Positions 1 through 13,698 of a DNA stretch of 64,000 nt are shown piece by piece. The notes below the pieces were generated by a model, which searched no databases, had not been told where the DNA came from, and saw only the letters and a list, made by a program, of their open reading frames with translations. Source of the DNA: Paraspadella gotoi (Eukaryota > Animalia > Chaetognatha); the NCBI GenBank assembly GCA_051294375.1, contig CM119266.1, forward strand, positions 9,246,538 to 9,310,537. The letters run 5' to 3'. Position 1 is the stretch's first letter; each line of letters opens with the position of its first letter. Both the position numbers and the translations under genes were made by a program.

Positions 1-569
1 GGTCCAGGACGGTGCTGCAATAAGGTGCTGTAATGCGGTGCAGTGCCGCTGAAGCGTCGCGACTTCAGCGGCGCCCCCTCGTTGCGTCGGCGCCGCCACC
101 TTAGCGAGCGACGTAAACAATGATCGTCAAACAAAAACAAAAGAAGAACCAAATTGATTGGATGAGAAGGAGAGAGAAGAGAAGAAAGAGAGAGAGAGAA
201 GGGGAAAGCAGATGAGAGAAAACAAGAGAGAGAGAAGAGAATAATTTCAGATAAGTTTATCCTCTTAGTCGGTCGTCCGCTAAAATTCAATTTAATTTTA
301 TAATTTTAATTTTAATTGTTTTCTTCGATTATTTTTAATTGACAAAAACGTCAAAGGCATTCGGTTTTTTATTGTTCCGATTTCGTAGAACGAGGTGGTT
401 TGGGTGGTGGTTTGGGTGGTGGTTGGTGGTGGTTGCTGCCGTTTTTGCATCAATCCGATTGAAAGTCTCATTGGAGGAGAAAAAAAATGAGGTTTCAACA
501 GGCTGGCAAGAGTTTTTAACCCAAACTGGGAACTTGGATCTTCAACTGAGAGGAAGGGATAGGAATAAT

Positions 570-801
570 AGATAGAGAAAGAGAGGGATAGAAAGATATA
601 CGGACAGACGGACAGATTAAACTCAAGATAGAGAAAGAGAGAGATAGAAAGATATACGGACAGACGGACAGATTAAACTCAAGATAGAGAAAGAGAGAGA
701 TAGAAAGATATACGGACAGACGGACAGATTAAACTCAAGATAGAGAAAGAGAGGGATAGAAAGATATACGGACAGACGGACAGACGGACAGATTAAACTC
801 A
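570..801. repeat. Minisatellite, 4 x ~56 bp
   Basis: Unit agatagagaaagagag(g/a)gatagaaagatatacggacagacggacagattaaactca repeated four times almost perfectly; last copy has an extra cagacgga. Confidence 0.95.
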
Positions 802-878
802 AGACCCTCAGTTTCGCTCTTTCGATTAGAAACGAATTTTCTCCGACAGAAAAAGAAATTCCCCCCGCATTATCCTCC

Positions 879-1345
879 CATGCCACACTCCCCTGCCTTT
901 CTCCGCCTGCCTTTCTCTCATGCCACTCTCCCCTGCCTTTCTCCCCTGCCTTTCTCTCATGCCACTCTCCCCTGCCTTTCTCCCCTGCCTTTCTTCTTCA
1001 TGCCACTCTCCCCTTGCCCTTTCTCCCATCGCCTTTCTCTCATGCCACTCTTCCCCTGCCTTTCTCCCTGCCTTTCTCTCATGCACTCTCCCCTGCCTTT
1101 CTCCCCTGCCTTCTCTTCATGCCACTCTCCCCTGCTGTCTCTCCCCTGCCTTTCTCTCATGCCACTCTCCCCTGCCCTTTCTCTCCTTTCTCTCATGCAC
1201 TTCTCCATGCCTTTCCCCCTGCCTTCTCCCCTGCACTCTCCCCTTGCCTTTCTCCCCTGGCTTTCTCATTCTGCCACTCTCCCCTGCCTTTTCTCCCATG
1301 CCATTCTTACCCTACCTTTCTCCCATGCCATTCTCCCCCTGCATT
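879..1345. repeat. Pyrimidine-rich minisatellite, ~40 bp unit with ~13 bp subunit
   Basis: Repeating catgccactctcccctgcctttctcccctgcctttctct, degenerating rightwards; explains the repetitive ORFs at 826-1454. Confidence 0.9.
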
Positions 1346-2221
1346 CATTCTCTTGACTTTTCTGCTATTCAGACCACTAAGGTCCGCCCAACCCCCCCTA
1401 CCGACTCCAACTCGCCTCTGGGTTGTCCTCCGTAGGACAAAGTACGAAATCTGAGCTGCAGACCGGATTTAGCAGTCGCATTATTCATTCAGTAAACTCG
1501 TCAAAGGCAGGCGACTGTGCAGTGGGGGGGAAGCGCTTGTAGACTTCCGGCGCGCGGTCTTTTGTTTTTATTTCCTTATCTCTCCGGCCGCGCGTCTGTC
1601 GCCCAAGCCTTTGCCTCTTCTTCTTTTTTTTTTATGCGTTTTGTTTCTTTCTACGAGAGAGAGAGAGAAGAGAGAGATGAGAGAGACGAGCAGATTGAGA
1701 GACGAGAGAGGAGAGAGAGCAGAGAGAGAAAGAGAGAGAGATTAAAGTTAATTAATTTATTCACAAACTTAAAAAGCGAGGTTAAAAATAAAGTTTTATT
1801 CTCCTAAATTTTTTTACGATTTTAAAATAGCTTCTGCAAGAACTTATTTATTCGATAATTAGTTAAAATATTGTTTTTTTTTCCTTTTTAAGTTTGTAAA
1901 TAACTAACGGTTTGAATACTGCCTTTTTCATTCACCAGCTGTTTGTTCGCAGGTGCGAATGTATACAATATTTTTCTTCTTTGTAATGGAGTTGTCAAGT
2001 TTCTTTATTACTTTACTCGTTTCTTTTCTTCAAACCAATTCAACTTTTCTTTCTCTGTCTCCCTAATGTTCTTGTTTTAAAATTTCTCTATCTCGATATT
2101 AGAAAAAAAAAAACAACCAAGAAACCTAAGGAACTTACCCAAAGAGTCATCCCGAGACTCCTGTCTTCTAACTTTCCTCTCTCGTGACCTTACTTCACCC
2201 CTCGTCCGATCTCGAACTTAC

Positions 2222-2288
2222 CAGCCGCGCCTCCCTCATCGTCAGCTTCACCTTCACGTCAAGAGTCTCACCTCCCTTCTCACTGGAT
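2222..2288 (-). CDS. Possible isolated small exon (SSEKGGETLDVKVKLTMREARL)
   Basis: Minus-strand T-rich tract + AG acceptor, open frame, strong GTAAGT donor; no recognisable homology. Confidence 0.2.
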
Positions 2289-2663
2289 CTTTCACGAAAA
2301 AAAGAAAGAAAAAAGAAGAAAAAAACTTAGCCCAGGAGTCGCTTTTTTTTCACTTTTCCTTTTCTAACAAGGAATTTTCTTACATTTATATCTTCATTAG
2401 TAACTCGTTTAGTAAAGTTTTAATATTTTTTTTTCATATAAATAAATTTTATTTTTTAAATTTTCCTTCTTGTCGACATTCATTTTTTTAAATTTAATCC
2501 CTCATCGCCTCTTTCCTCAATCCTTTCCTTAATCCTTTCCTTATTCCTTTCCTTAGTTTTCTCCTTTTTTTTCAGCATCCCCTTCAATTTTCACTACCGA
2601 AGACGACAGGGAAAAAAAAGAAAAGCCGATATAGCTCGCTTTCCTTAATGACGGCGATGGGGA

Positions 2664-2664
2664 A

Positions 2665-2723
<59 letters not shown>

Positions 2724-2730
2724 CGACGCC
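2664..2730. repeat. (GAC)n trinucleotide microsatellite
   Basis: Direct observation; similar tracts at 26103-26139, ~33000-33110 and 38454-38482. Confidence 0.95.
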
Positions 2731-4610
2731 AAGACGAAATGTAAGTAAACTAGAAAAAGAAAAGAAATAAATAGCGAAGAAAAATTATATTAAAATGAAA
2801 AGAACGAAAAGATGATAACGAAGGGAGAAAATGAGATAAATAATAATTACTAATTACCTAATACTTAATACTTAATATTACTAATAATAGAAAATGAGTA
2901 AAAAAGAGAAAACCGGTGGAGGAAGAGAAAAGAAGAGGTGAACCCATGGGGGGCGCTGCCGAAAGAGTAACAAGATAACGTCTATGACGTCATTTCCCAG
3001 AAATGTGGAGAGAGAGAGAGAGAGAGAGAGAAAGACCGGGTTTTTTCCTTAAATAATTCAATAAGATCTATTATCCTCGAGGCTTCTTTCCCTCCATTTT
3101 ATGGGAGCAAACGTTTTCGTCGATAAAATCAAATTGATTAAAAAAAAAAANNNNNNNNNNNNNNNNNNNNNNNNNAAAAAGACGATTTTTTTTCTCTATG
3201 GAATTTTTTCTTTTTTTCTTTTATGGTAGGTTAGAAGTTAATTTGATTCATCCGCCGATGAAATTAATTTTCCTCTTTTATTTATTTATTTTTTTTTGTC
3301 GCCCCGTAATTTTGCGGGGCACATATTTTTTTAAAGTTTTCAATGCTTGCGTTGGAGAATTGAGAATGAGGAGAGAGAGAGAGAGAGAGATGAGACGAGA
3401 TGAAAGACGGAGAGAGTCGAGATGAGAGAGCATGAGAGTGAGATGATGATAGGGAGAGAAGCAGAGTTTAAATTTAATAAAAGTAGACAGATAGTGCACT
3501 GAGAATAATGCAGCGACGGGAAAAAGTAAGAAAGAAAGACTAGATAAAATATTAACCAATGAAAGAAGAAAAAGAACAAACAACCAAACAAAAGGCTAAA
3601 CCAGAACATGCGCACTCTCAAGAACACTGTCTATCACACTATCTCTCTCTTTTCTTTTAAGAAAGAAAGAAAGAAAGAAAGAAAGAAAAAGAAACAAAAC
3701 AAACAAACAAAAAGGTAAACAAGAACATGCGCACTTCTCAAGAACCTGTCATCACACTGTGGAGGCTGCACAGTGCATAATAAAACTGCATATATTGCAC
3801 AGTGAAGCGTCGCGCGAGGCATCATATTCGTATCGACTTTTTGATTAACCGGCTTTTTTGCTCACGAGAAAAAAAAATAATTTTTTGCTTAAGTTTTGAA
3901 GAGAAAAAAATTAAATTTCCGGCGGAAGACGAAATCGGAAACAGATNNNNNNNNNNNNNNNNNNNNNNNNNAGGTGCCCTTAGACGCTTTCCCGGTATGT
4001 ATCCCTAAATCAGAAAACATACAATTCTTACATGGTTAGTCTTATCCACCCTATGTGGTAAAGTAAATCATATATAGGTAACTTTGTCACGCCACCTGTT
4101 TTTACTTGCGTCCGTCAAAAATTATCCATTCCCAACCTGTTCGTTCAGTCCTTCTTTTAGATATCTATCTGATTTTTCATTAATAGGGATTTTCTAACAG
4201 ATGATGTGTGATATCTATTAGAAAACTAGGACAGATAGGTATCTAACCCTTGTGTTGTATAGATGTTCCCTCTATTTTCCAGAGACAACACTGCTTCCCT
4301 TTCCAAATTGATATATTAGATAAATATGTTTGGTGTCTGGGTCTGTCGAGTCCTTGTTAGGGTGTTTTTGGTGGTTGGTTTAAACCATTTTAGAAAGAAA
4401 GCCATATATATATTCTGAATGTAATAATAAGGATTAATTACTAAATCCTTCATAAATATAAAATCAGGTGAAAATAGTGAAACCAAGTAATTGGTGCAAT
4501 ATTTTCATAATAATAATAAATTAAATAATATAAATAATATGAGAATTACTGGCCTCGTTAACCACCTCGAGACACACACACACACACAGTCTCAGCTTCA
4601 GAATACTCAC

Positions 4611-7175
4611 CAAAAGCTACACCTCTTCTCGATTAGCGAGCAGCAATCGTATGAATGCCACTTTGAAGTTCTCCCACGATAGTGCGAAGTTAGGCCTCTC
4701 CTCCAGTAAGGGACTTTTCACAGATAATATTGTCGTAAAAAATTCCATCAACCGGCGTCGACGGAAGACGAGAATCCTGCTTGGCTTATGGGCGTGGAAT
4801 CACAGACGAAGGCCCCAATACAACTCTTTCAATAACTCTGTTGCGGGGTCGAAGAAGCCGTCTTTTCCAAGCGCATTCTTCGTCAACATCGGTTGAGGAA
4901 GCCTGTCTACGAGTGGTTCAGGAAAGAATAGGAAGATTAGCACTGTTCGGCGAATCGATAGAAAGTCGTGGTCCGACCTGCTGTTTATACTGACTATAAG
5001 TTCTCGGGCTTCAAGAAGAGAAGATCTACCCAAATGTAAAACTTTCCAGATTTGCTCGGCTCTAACATGAAATAAAAACAATGACATTGACTATCGAATT
5101 TTAGATAATAATTTCATTTTACAGACAAGTCAAACCTTTACGAACAGGATTTCTTTTTGAGACTTCCACAGAACATGGGTGACGCATCTATTCGTGAGTA
5201 CATAGTTTATCTTCCGAAAATTTTTTTTTGCAGAACAGGTGACTGTAGGAGAATTTTATCGAGGTGGCATCCGCGAGAAAGGGGTTTCCATCCCGGAAGA
5301 TTTTGAGAAATCGTCTCCGAGACACTAAATAATCAATTTCAAGAAGTTAAAGGAAGATATAAATTGATAAAAATTGTCTCGTCATACTTTCAAACTGTCG
5401 TAAAGAACGTTGATACAGCTCGCCCCGATTTTTTGAGTGGCCTCGTACTATCTCCGTTTTTGTCCTCCGCTCGGTGAGAAATGTCGCTCTGATATTCTTC
5501 GAGATCTTCCAGAACTGTCCGATCAAGTTAAGGATAGCTATGTCTTTTCATCCAAAACTGCTCATACTGAATCAGAGTATTCGGCAAGTTTTTTAATTAA
5601 ATCAGGACCGCTGTTTTGTAATCGATGTGCCACCGACATGAGGAGTCACGATGTCTTGGAATCACGTCACAGAGAAGAGTAGGTATATAGCGCAACAACA
5701 GTGTCGGATTAACGCCCAAAAATGCGATCAACGACGAGGCGGTTTCGGCCGTTGTCGAGGCACACCTTGAACTCGCTCAATTAGAGGACCGACTGTGGAC
5801 TGCCGTCGCAACGAGACTGAGGGTTCTTGGATACTTAGAGGCTTGTGGTATTGGAAAAAGACGTAGACAGGCTCGGAGAGACCTCGAGGTGAAAGACTCT
5901 TCCACTCATTTCTCCCAAAAGAATTTTAGCCGTTCGAAAGACCGTGTCGAAAAAGTTTTCGCAGCGAGTCCAATCGAGCTTCTTTCTCTATCATCACGGC
6001 CGCCGAGATTACCCGCTCAAGCATTGAAGGATCTTCCACGCGCAAGTCGCCAAAGCTCCTTAGATCCGTCGACAGAGCGGCGTTTGCTGAGTGCTTTCAG
6101 GACGAAGGGAGCGGGATCGTTGCATGATTCCACATCGAAATCAACATAGTGCGACTGCATTAATTTTGAAGTTGACGAGCGGGCTTGCAAAGACGACGAA
6201 TCTCGTATCTTCGACGTTGACAATTCGACGAACGAGTTTTTAGAAAGTATTTGTATCGCGTCCTGCTTGAGAACAAGGTCCTTGAATAGTAATTAAATCT
6301 TAATAATTAAAACAACACGAATATGAAAAACAAAAATATTTCAAAAGAACCTGCAGCGGCAGTGATTCTCATCTCATCCTCGCTGGGATCGGTCGTGCCG
6401 TACGAGTCCTCGTTTCTTCTGAGCCTAAGTTTCGAGTCCTCCCCATGAGACATGTCTTCCCTCCGAGGTCTCTCTGCGTCTTCGAACTGTTGCCACTGAA
6501 AGTACATCTCTCTGGTGACTCTCCGCCCCCAAAATTGAGTCGTTTTGCTTCGTCCTTCCAACCTTTGTTTCGCGGAACCGCTGGGTCTTTCCTCCGGTAC
6601 GGCGTGCCATCTCGTCCGCCTCCTGAACGGTTGCCTCCGCCGGCCCCCCACTTCAGAGTCTGACGCGAACGCCCCGATCTGCCCCAAGGATTGAGCCTGT
6701 CGGAGTGTCGTTTCGAAATCCAAGGAAACTCTTATCGTCCTGACTCCTCGTCGTCCATGGGACCGCCGCCCTTCATCTGGGGTCAGGTCGCCTTCTTATT
6801 CCGCACTGGTCGTCGAACACCTCGGTCGTCTGCGTGGGTGGAGGAACCCTTTTCAAGGAGACTATGATCAGATTTGTCTGAACATGTACCATGTGGGCGA
6901 TCGTGGTGCCGATCTTCGGGTTACCGACCGCTAAATCTTTCGTAAGCGGACTGTCCTCTTTTTGTCATGCTGCGTCCACCGCGATCCGAAACGATGAAGC
7001 GATCCCCCTCATCTCTCTCGATCCTCGACGCCCCCAAACGTTGTTGCTCTACGATCAAGTCTGTCGGCATTTCCGGTTGCGCTCCGCCCACTCCATCGTT
7101 TCATGTCGTGGATCATCGCTGTCGTCATACTCGCGTGGTCCTCAAAGTTTTAGCGGACGTCTGGGCCATCTCCGC
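4611..7175 (-). CDS. Putative 3-exon segment of an unidentified gene (approx. 7175-6351, 6280-~5142, 5061-4611), frameshifted
   Basis: Three complex, balanced-composition blocks separated by two short AT-rich GT...AG spacers (6350-6281; ~5141-5062), with a GTGAGT donor at 4610. Protein-like fragments such as DLVLKQDAIQILSKNSFVEL and FPEPLVDRLPQPMLTKNALGKDGFFDPATELLKELYWGL. Many frameshifts and no recognisable domain. Confidence 0.4.
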
Positions 7176-10100
7176 CTAAATACCTTCTATCGTATCGCGA
7201 GGACGCATAATCTAAATAAAGCGGGGACAATTATCTCCACTTTTCAAATTATAGACGTTAAACCTATGAACATAAGTTTATAATTTATTAAAAAAAGAAA
7301 AAAAAAAACTAATTCGAACAACTTAAATAGCTTCAGCAACATAAATGAGTTCAAAAATAGCAAAATTCCAACTAACAATGAATATGATATTGAAAAAATG
7401 ACTCCTATCGGGATTCAATAAATTTGGGGTGACGATACGCCTTCCATTTTATTTTTTACTTTCTTAAAAAATAAATAATTTAAAAAAAATCAAGTATCAA
7501 GTATGCATGATTAAGGCGTCATAGTACTTCCCATTCATTGGTTTCTTAATTTAACTTTATTATCTCCGTATTATATCCTATCGGCTAAGAGTTTTGAACC
7601 ACGAAGAAAAGAAAACATCATACGAATTAATAAGTTCGTAAATGTCAAATTTAAATTATTCAGAGAGTGCAATGGCGGATATAAAAGCAGATCCACGCAA
7701 CGAGAAAACGGCGAAGGAGGTAAGGGAATTCCCTCTTTGACCATTTTTCGAACGCCCCTAACGTATCTTCGCTTGTCGTCGACATTCTGAAAATTGTTTG
7801 AGTAACATAGAGAGGAACGGCGTGATGCACGGAAGCTGGCGAAGTCCACTATTCCCTCATGGATGGGCCCGTCCAAATGACACGCCTTAAGAACCCGCTA
7901 GATTTGGGGGTGGGGCGGTTGTGGGCGGTGGTGTGAGTGGGGTTGTTGGGTGGCTGTGGAGTGGGGGGGTGTGGATGCTGTGGTCTGTTGGGGTGTGGGG
8001 TGTGGGAGGTATGCGGGAGGGTGGGGGGGTGTGCTTGGTGGGGTGGGGGGGGTATGTTGTGTGGGGTTTGCGTTGGGGGGTGCTGGGTGGTGATTGTGGG
8101 ATGGGGAGTTGTTGGTTTGGTGGGATGTGGGGGGTGTGGGGTGGGGCGGGTGGGGGGGGGTTGAGGTGTGGCGGGTTGGGTGGGGTGGGGGCCGTGTGGG
8201 GTGGGTGGGGGGTGTGGGGGGGGGTGTGGGCTGGGTGGGGGTGTGGGTTGGGGGGGTGGGTATTGTTCTGGTGTGTTCTCGTTCTTGTGTTGGGGCTCGT
8301 GGTGATGGTCGTTCGCTTGTTTGTTGTTCTCTCATTGTTTCTGGTTTCTTCCTTTGTTCAGGATTTCTCGTTCATCTCTCCCGTTCTCGTTCTCCGGGGT
8401 CGTTGTGCTCTCGTCTTTATCGCTCACAGGATTTTATACTGGGCGGTCTTTCGTAACCATATAAAGACTTCAGTTTCAAATTTAGAAAAAAGTGAAGAAT
8501 TTTCGCTCGTTCGCGATTCGAAAATAACGGACGTAGTTGACGACGACGAACCGACGAAAGACGACGATTAATTAATAACGAAGATGATCAAATGAGTAGA
8601 TAACTAAGATTTTTGGGTCCATATAAGTTGCCCAAATTCTGACATTCAAATAATCGTCGTTCACGTAGGGAAATCATAAATAGTTTAAGGTCGAATTTGA
8701 AAACAAACAAACAAAAACCGGAGAAGAGAAAATTTTCGAAGAAAAGTTATTATTAATTCATGACGAAGTAAAAAAGTGTTCAAACTTTTTTTGATTTAGA
8801 ATTATATACTTAGAAAGATTATATGCCAGAAAGAATTGCGTTTAAAACGAATATTGTTGTATAACTAAAAAGGCAGAGAATATCACGTCAGTTTTAAAAG
8901 ATGTTTGAATCGATGATAAACCTAATGGATCGAACATAAGTAAAAAAAAATTATGATTCGTCCGGTATATACTTAGAAACTTTGAAATGAATTTTGTTTC
9001 TCCAAACGGATGGCAGTAACAAGGTCAGCCGTCTAAAAGTTCCTCCCCCCATCTCTCTCTCTCGGCTGTCACTCGTCTCAATTTTTGGTTCTTCCGGTTT
9101 ATTCTAGTATCTGTGTTCGTCGTAACGTTCATCTCTTAGCTCTCTCTCCCTCTCTCACTTAGTGGTTTCGGTTCTTCATCTCTCTGGTCTCATCGTCTCT
9201 AGTACTCTGTCTCTTCTCTCTCTCTCTCTCTTCGTCCTCCCGTCCTCTCTCCTCTCTCATTCTCAAAATAATTCGCGCAAGGAACGAGAAAAGGCGGTGA
9301 TGTAAGTAAGTCGTCCTGTTTTACATTTCTCGCTTTTTGAAGTAAAAGTATTCCTGTTACTTTCTCTCTTCTCTCGTGGTGCTTCTCTCTCTCTCTCTTC
9401 TCATCTCTCTCTCTCTCTCTTTCTGTGCTATATGTTCCTAATCTTGTGTTCTTCTCTCTCGTTCTCTCGTCTCTCTCATTTATCTCTCTCTCTTGCTCCT
9501 ATATTTCACAAATCATGTGTTTTTTAGAACTACTAAAGGAGAAACAAATAATCACAAAAGAAAAAGAAACAGAGAGAGATAGAGAGAGATGAGTAGAGAG
9601 AAGAAGTAGAAACCATACGCAAACCTAGTGGAGAGAGAGAGAGAAAGATGGTAAGCTACTACACACAGAGCGAAAAAGATTAATCATGGTTGGTATCTCA
9701 ATACAATTAAAACTAAATATACAAGTGAAAAAATGATCCTCGTAAAAATACAAATAATTTTGCTCCTGATTATCGTGAAAAAAAAAGAATTTATTAGAAA
9801 ATTATATGCAAAAATCTTCGGAAATTTAATTTAACTTTTTTTTTTCAAAATAAAAACATTTTCGTTCGTCCTTTTTTTGACTAATTAAATGAAGAAAATG
9901 AGAAAGAACATTTCTTCATTCATCTTCTTTTTTCATACGTCGTCGGCGTCGTATTCATCATCATCCACAGTCATTGTCATCGTCAATTGTCGTGAGTTCA
10001 TAAGTCCGGTCAATCGTCGATCATCAATAATATGGTAATTTTTAGTGTTTGTAAGTGTTTTAGGTTTTGTGTTAGTTTTGTCGGTGTGTTTGGTGTTTTT

Positions 10101-13100
10101 GTGTGTTTTTGTTGGTTTGGTTGGTATTGTTTGTTGTTTTTGTGTGTTTAGTGTGTGGTTTATTTTTAATTTTCTTAAGTGTGTAGTTTTTTTTGCTTTG
10201 TTCAAAAAATACTGTCGGTTCAGTCCCTTCCTTCTTTGTTTTCAATCGAAAACACGTGATTTTTTCGTTTGAATTTTTTTTGGCGGCAAAAAAAAAAAAT
10301 AAACCTCTATTCGTATCGATCGATTGATTGATTGATTTCAAATCCCAAAGATTCCTTTTTTCGCGGATTGACGTGTTGTGTGTTGTTGGTTTTGTTGTGT
10401 TTGTGGTTTTTGTTTTGAACTTCGCCGGCGGAAGGGAAAAAAACTTGGTCAAATGTCGAGATCGGGCGCAATTTTGGCTCTTTGTTTCTTTCGATACCTG
10501 GCTTACTGATTGGTCGAGGAGAGAGAGGGAGATGATGAGAAGAGATGAGAGAGAGTAAGAGAGAGAGATAGAGAGCAGAGAGGTAGAGAGAGAGGAGAGA
10601 GAGAGAGAGAGTAGAGAAAGAGTTCGCGTGTCCGCTGGGTTTCGGGAATCTGTTGGAAATTTCAAACAGTCCTGGTCCCGTGTTCTGCTAGACGTGACGC
10701 GTCCGTTGGAGAACGACGGATGAGTGTAACGAGGTTGACGACGACGGTGATCGACTGGATTTGTAACGTACCGACGTGAAGAACGACATAGCGTGATGTG
10801 TACGAGCTAATGGGTAAGCGCAGTTCAAAGTTGTCGGTACTGTGTAGACGAGACGACGACGACTGACGTTACGTGAGATACGAAGGTTATATTGACTCGA
10901 GTACGTTTGACGACGATTTCAAAAGTGATGTAGTTGAAAATCTTATAGAATTTCATTTTTTAAAATAAGAACAGAGGTTAGTGTTTGTGACGAAAGTATG
11001 GTATAGATTATTACTTGGTATAACAACATGGTATGAACAATAACAGAGTTACCAATGGAATATGAATGATAATAAATTAGTAAAGGGTACTCAAGAGACG
11101 TTCGAAATCGCCTCGTTTGTGTGGGTTGTTTATGTTTGTATTGGTGATAACCGTGACGTTAGCTGTACGACGGTACTGACGATCGACGTAAATCCAGTGA
11201 TTCGACTGTGTGTGATGTTGTGTTGTAGGGGGTTAAATGGACGTATTTTTATTATAGTTATTTTGTTGTATGTTTGGTATTTTTTTTTTTGGTTCGTGTG
11301 GGGTGAGGGTGTATTTGGGGGGTTTCGATTTAGTTTGTTGAGGCTTTGTAGGTATGGAATTGGTTGCGTGTAAGTAGTTAATAAATGGTCTTGAAACTGT
11401 GTTCGCCTATTGATTTTATATTGTTTGGTGGGTCTTGTCGTGTTGGTCGTGTGTGTTATCGGTCTTTCGTGCAGGGTCGTGGTCAGACGCAGTAAATCGG
11501 GTCCTGATGCATTGCCGGTGTGTGTTATGGTGTTATTGTATTTTTTTATTTTTTGGGGGGGTGTTTTTGGGTTGGGTTATTGTAGTTAGCTTTTAGAGTT
11601 TTGTATGTGTGAGTGTCTGTTGTAGTTATTGGGTGTTGGTAGTTTTGCGTTTAGTATGTGTTGGGGTTTAGTTGTCGGTTCTGTGGTGTCGGTTCGCTTT
11701 GGTTTATTTTGTTTCGAGTACAATTAAAGTGGTTGGTTGTTTGATAAGTGTGTATGGTGCTATGTGTGGTGTGTTTTTTATTTCAGTGTAGTGGACTTGG
11801 GTTGTTGTTGTTTGTATGTAGTGCGTTTAGGGTGTGTGTTATTGATTGAGTTAATTTACATAAGTGTGTATAGTGAATATATTGTGGTTGATCTAATTTC
11901 CATATGTATGTGGTATATAATTACTAATGTCATTGGGAGTAGTGTTAGAGTATACGGTGTTAGGTTAATAGTAATATCAAAGTAAGTAGTATATAAATGT
12001 TTAGTAAATATAAAAAATGAAACTTTTTTTGAGTTGTTTTCGTGTCTTGTGTTGGTGAAGTGGTGTTTTGGTGGTGTGGTTCTTGTGTTGTGTTTTTGTG
12101 TTTTGGTTTGTTTTGTATGGTGTATTGTGTTTTGTTTATGTTGGTTGTGTTGTGTTTTGTTTTGTTTGGTGTGTTTCTGTTGTTTGTCGTGTGGTGGATT
12201 GGGGTGGGGTTGTGGTGTGTTCGGGTGTGTAATGTTGTTTGGTGTTTGAAAAAAGAAGATTTCATCTGTTAGTTATGCTTTTGGTTTGAGATTCGTTTTT
12301 TGGGAAGTGAGTTATACGAGATAATAGTTTGCGGTTATGGTGATAACTGTAAAAATCTCTTTTCCTTCTGAAAAGGTGAAATATTTGGGTTATTTGACGA
12401 CGGACTTGAGTTACGAATAAAAAACACAACGAAAAATCGGGTTTCCATTTTACGTGGCACTAAGGTGATTTGTCCCTCCGGGACATCTTGGGTTCAAATG
12501 TACCCTCATCGGGTTTGATGAAAGTACCGGGGTTATTGGGTGTGTCCTAAGGTAATCTCCCTGGATACCAGGTCCAAATTTATGTCGGGTGTCATTATTA
12601 TTAGTTATTATTATTTATTGGTATTGTGTTTTTTATTATTATATTATTGATTATTATTAGTATTCATTATTTTTATTATTATTTATTAATTATTATTTAT
12701 TATTATTAATAATTAATTATATTATTATTTTAGTATTATTATTTATTTATTATTTATCATATTGTTTACGTTGAATAAATTTTTGAATTTGAACGTAATT
12801 GGTAAATCTTAATTTATTTGAAAAATAAATTTATTAGACTTTAGAAATCTAGAACTAAATTATTAAAAAAAAAAAGGAAGAAAAATTCAATTTGACATTT
12901 TCCGCGTTTAAATTTAAACTTTCTTTCATTTATAAAGCTAAATTCGGGGATCTGATGGTAAATATTATCGACTGCTTTTAAAAAACTTTAAACTAAAAGG
13001 AACTCAAGTTCGAAGTAAAGTTTGGTGCCATCCCTTGGGTCCTAAAAGAACCCCTGCGTTTGATGAGAAATTTTTTAATTTCAAATAATGCTTAAAAAGG

Positions 13101-13667
13101 AAGCAACGAATAAACTCAGAGGCTCTGACTGGTTTACCCAGTTTTTCTTTTTGTTTAGAACCGATAAAAAATTTCAGACTGGTGAAGTAGAGTAGAATTA
13201 GGATTTCACAACATTCGAAGAAAAAACACTATTATCTGTGATCACGTGGCAGTGGCTTTAAAAGTTGAGTCACATCAATTATGGATCCTTTATGAATAAT
13301 CGTATGATTGAGATCGAGCAGAGGAGGCGATATTTCCTGGCTGTGATGTTCACTTAAATCTGAAAAACTAAGGTTATAGACATTCCTAAGCCCAATGGGA
13401 AGTTTTCACGAAAAAAAATTTTGTAAGATTAATGGAAAATTTTAAAATTCATACTCTTCTTTGAGCTTGGACAAATTTTCCTTAAGCGTTAATATCATTA
13501 AATATAGTTACTAACTATGAGTATTTACAAAAAAAATGATGGAGTAAAGTCGATTTTAGAAACCTTGTATGATGGTTAACTGGTTCGAAGCTGGTTTGGT
13601 TATAAGTCGAAAGCTCAAAAAAGACTTTAATCCTCTTTTCGAGCAAAGAGAGAGAGAGAGAGAGAGA

Positions 13668-13698
<31 letters not shown>

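Noticed and set aside
570-801. CRISPR-like regular repeats
   Set aside because: Head-to-tail units without unique spacers, no cas genes, eukaryotic context
826-1454. Overlapping ORFs of 60-171 aa with repetitive sequence
   Set aside because: Translations of the pyrimidine-rich minisatellite
4600-5500. Idea that this block is reversed or complemented only, since the reversed text shows exon-like words
   Set aside because: Normal-orientation reading gives coherent splice signals and the TCG/CGA-rich composition typical of the rest of the window
7898-8571. Gly/Val/Trp-rich and Pro/Thr/His-rich ORFs
   Set aside because: Products of a G/T-only low-complexity, probably low-quality stretch
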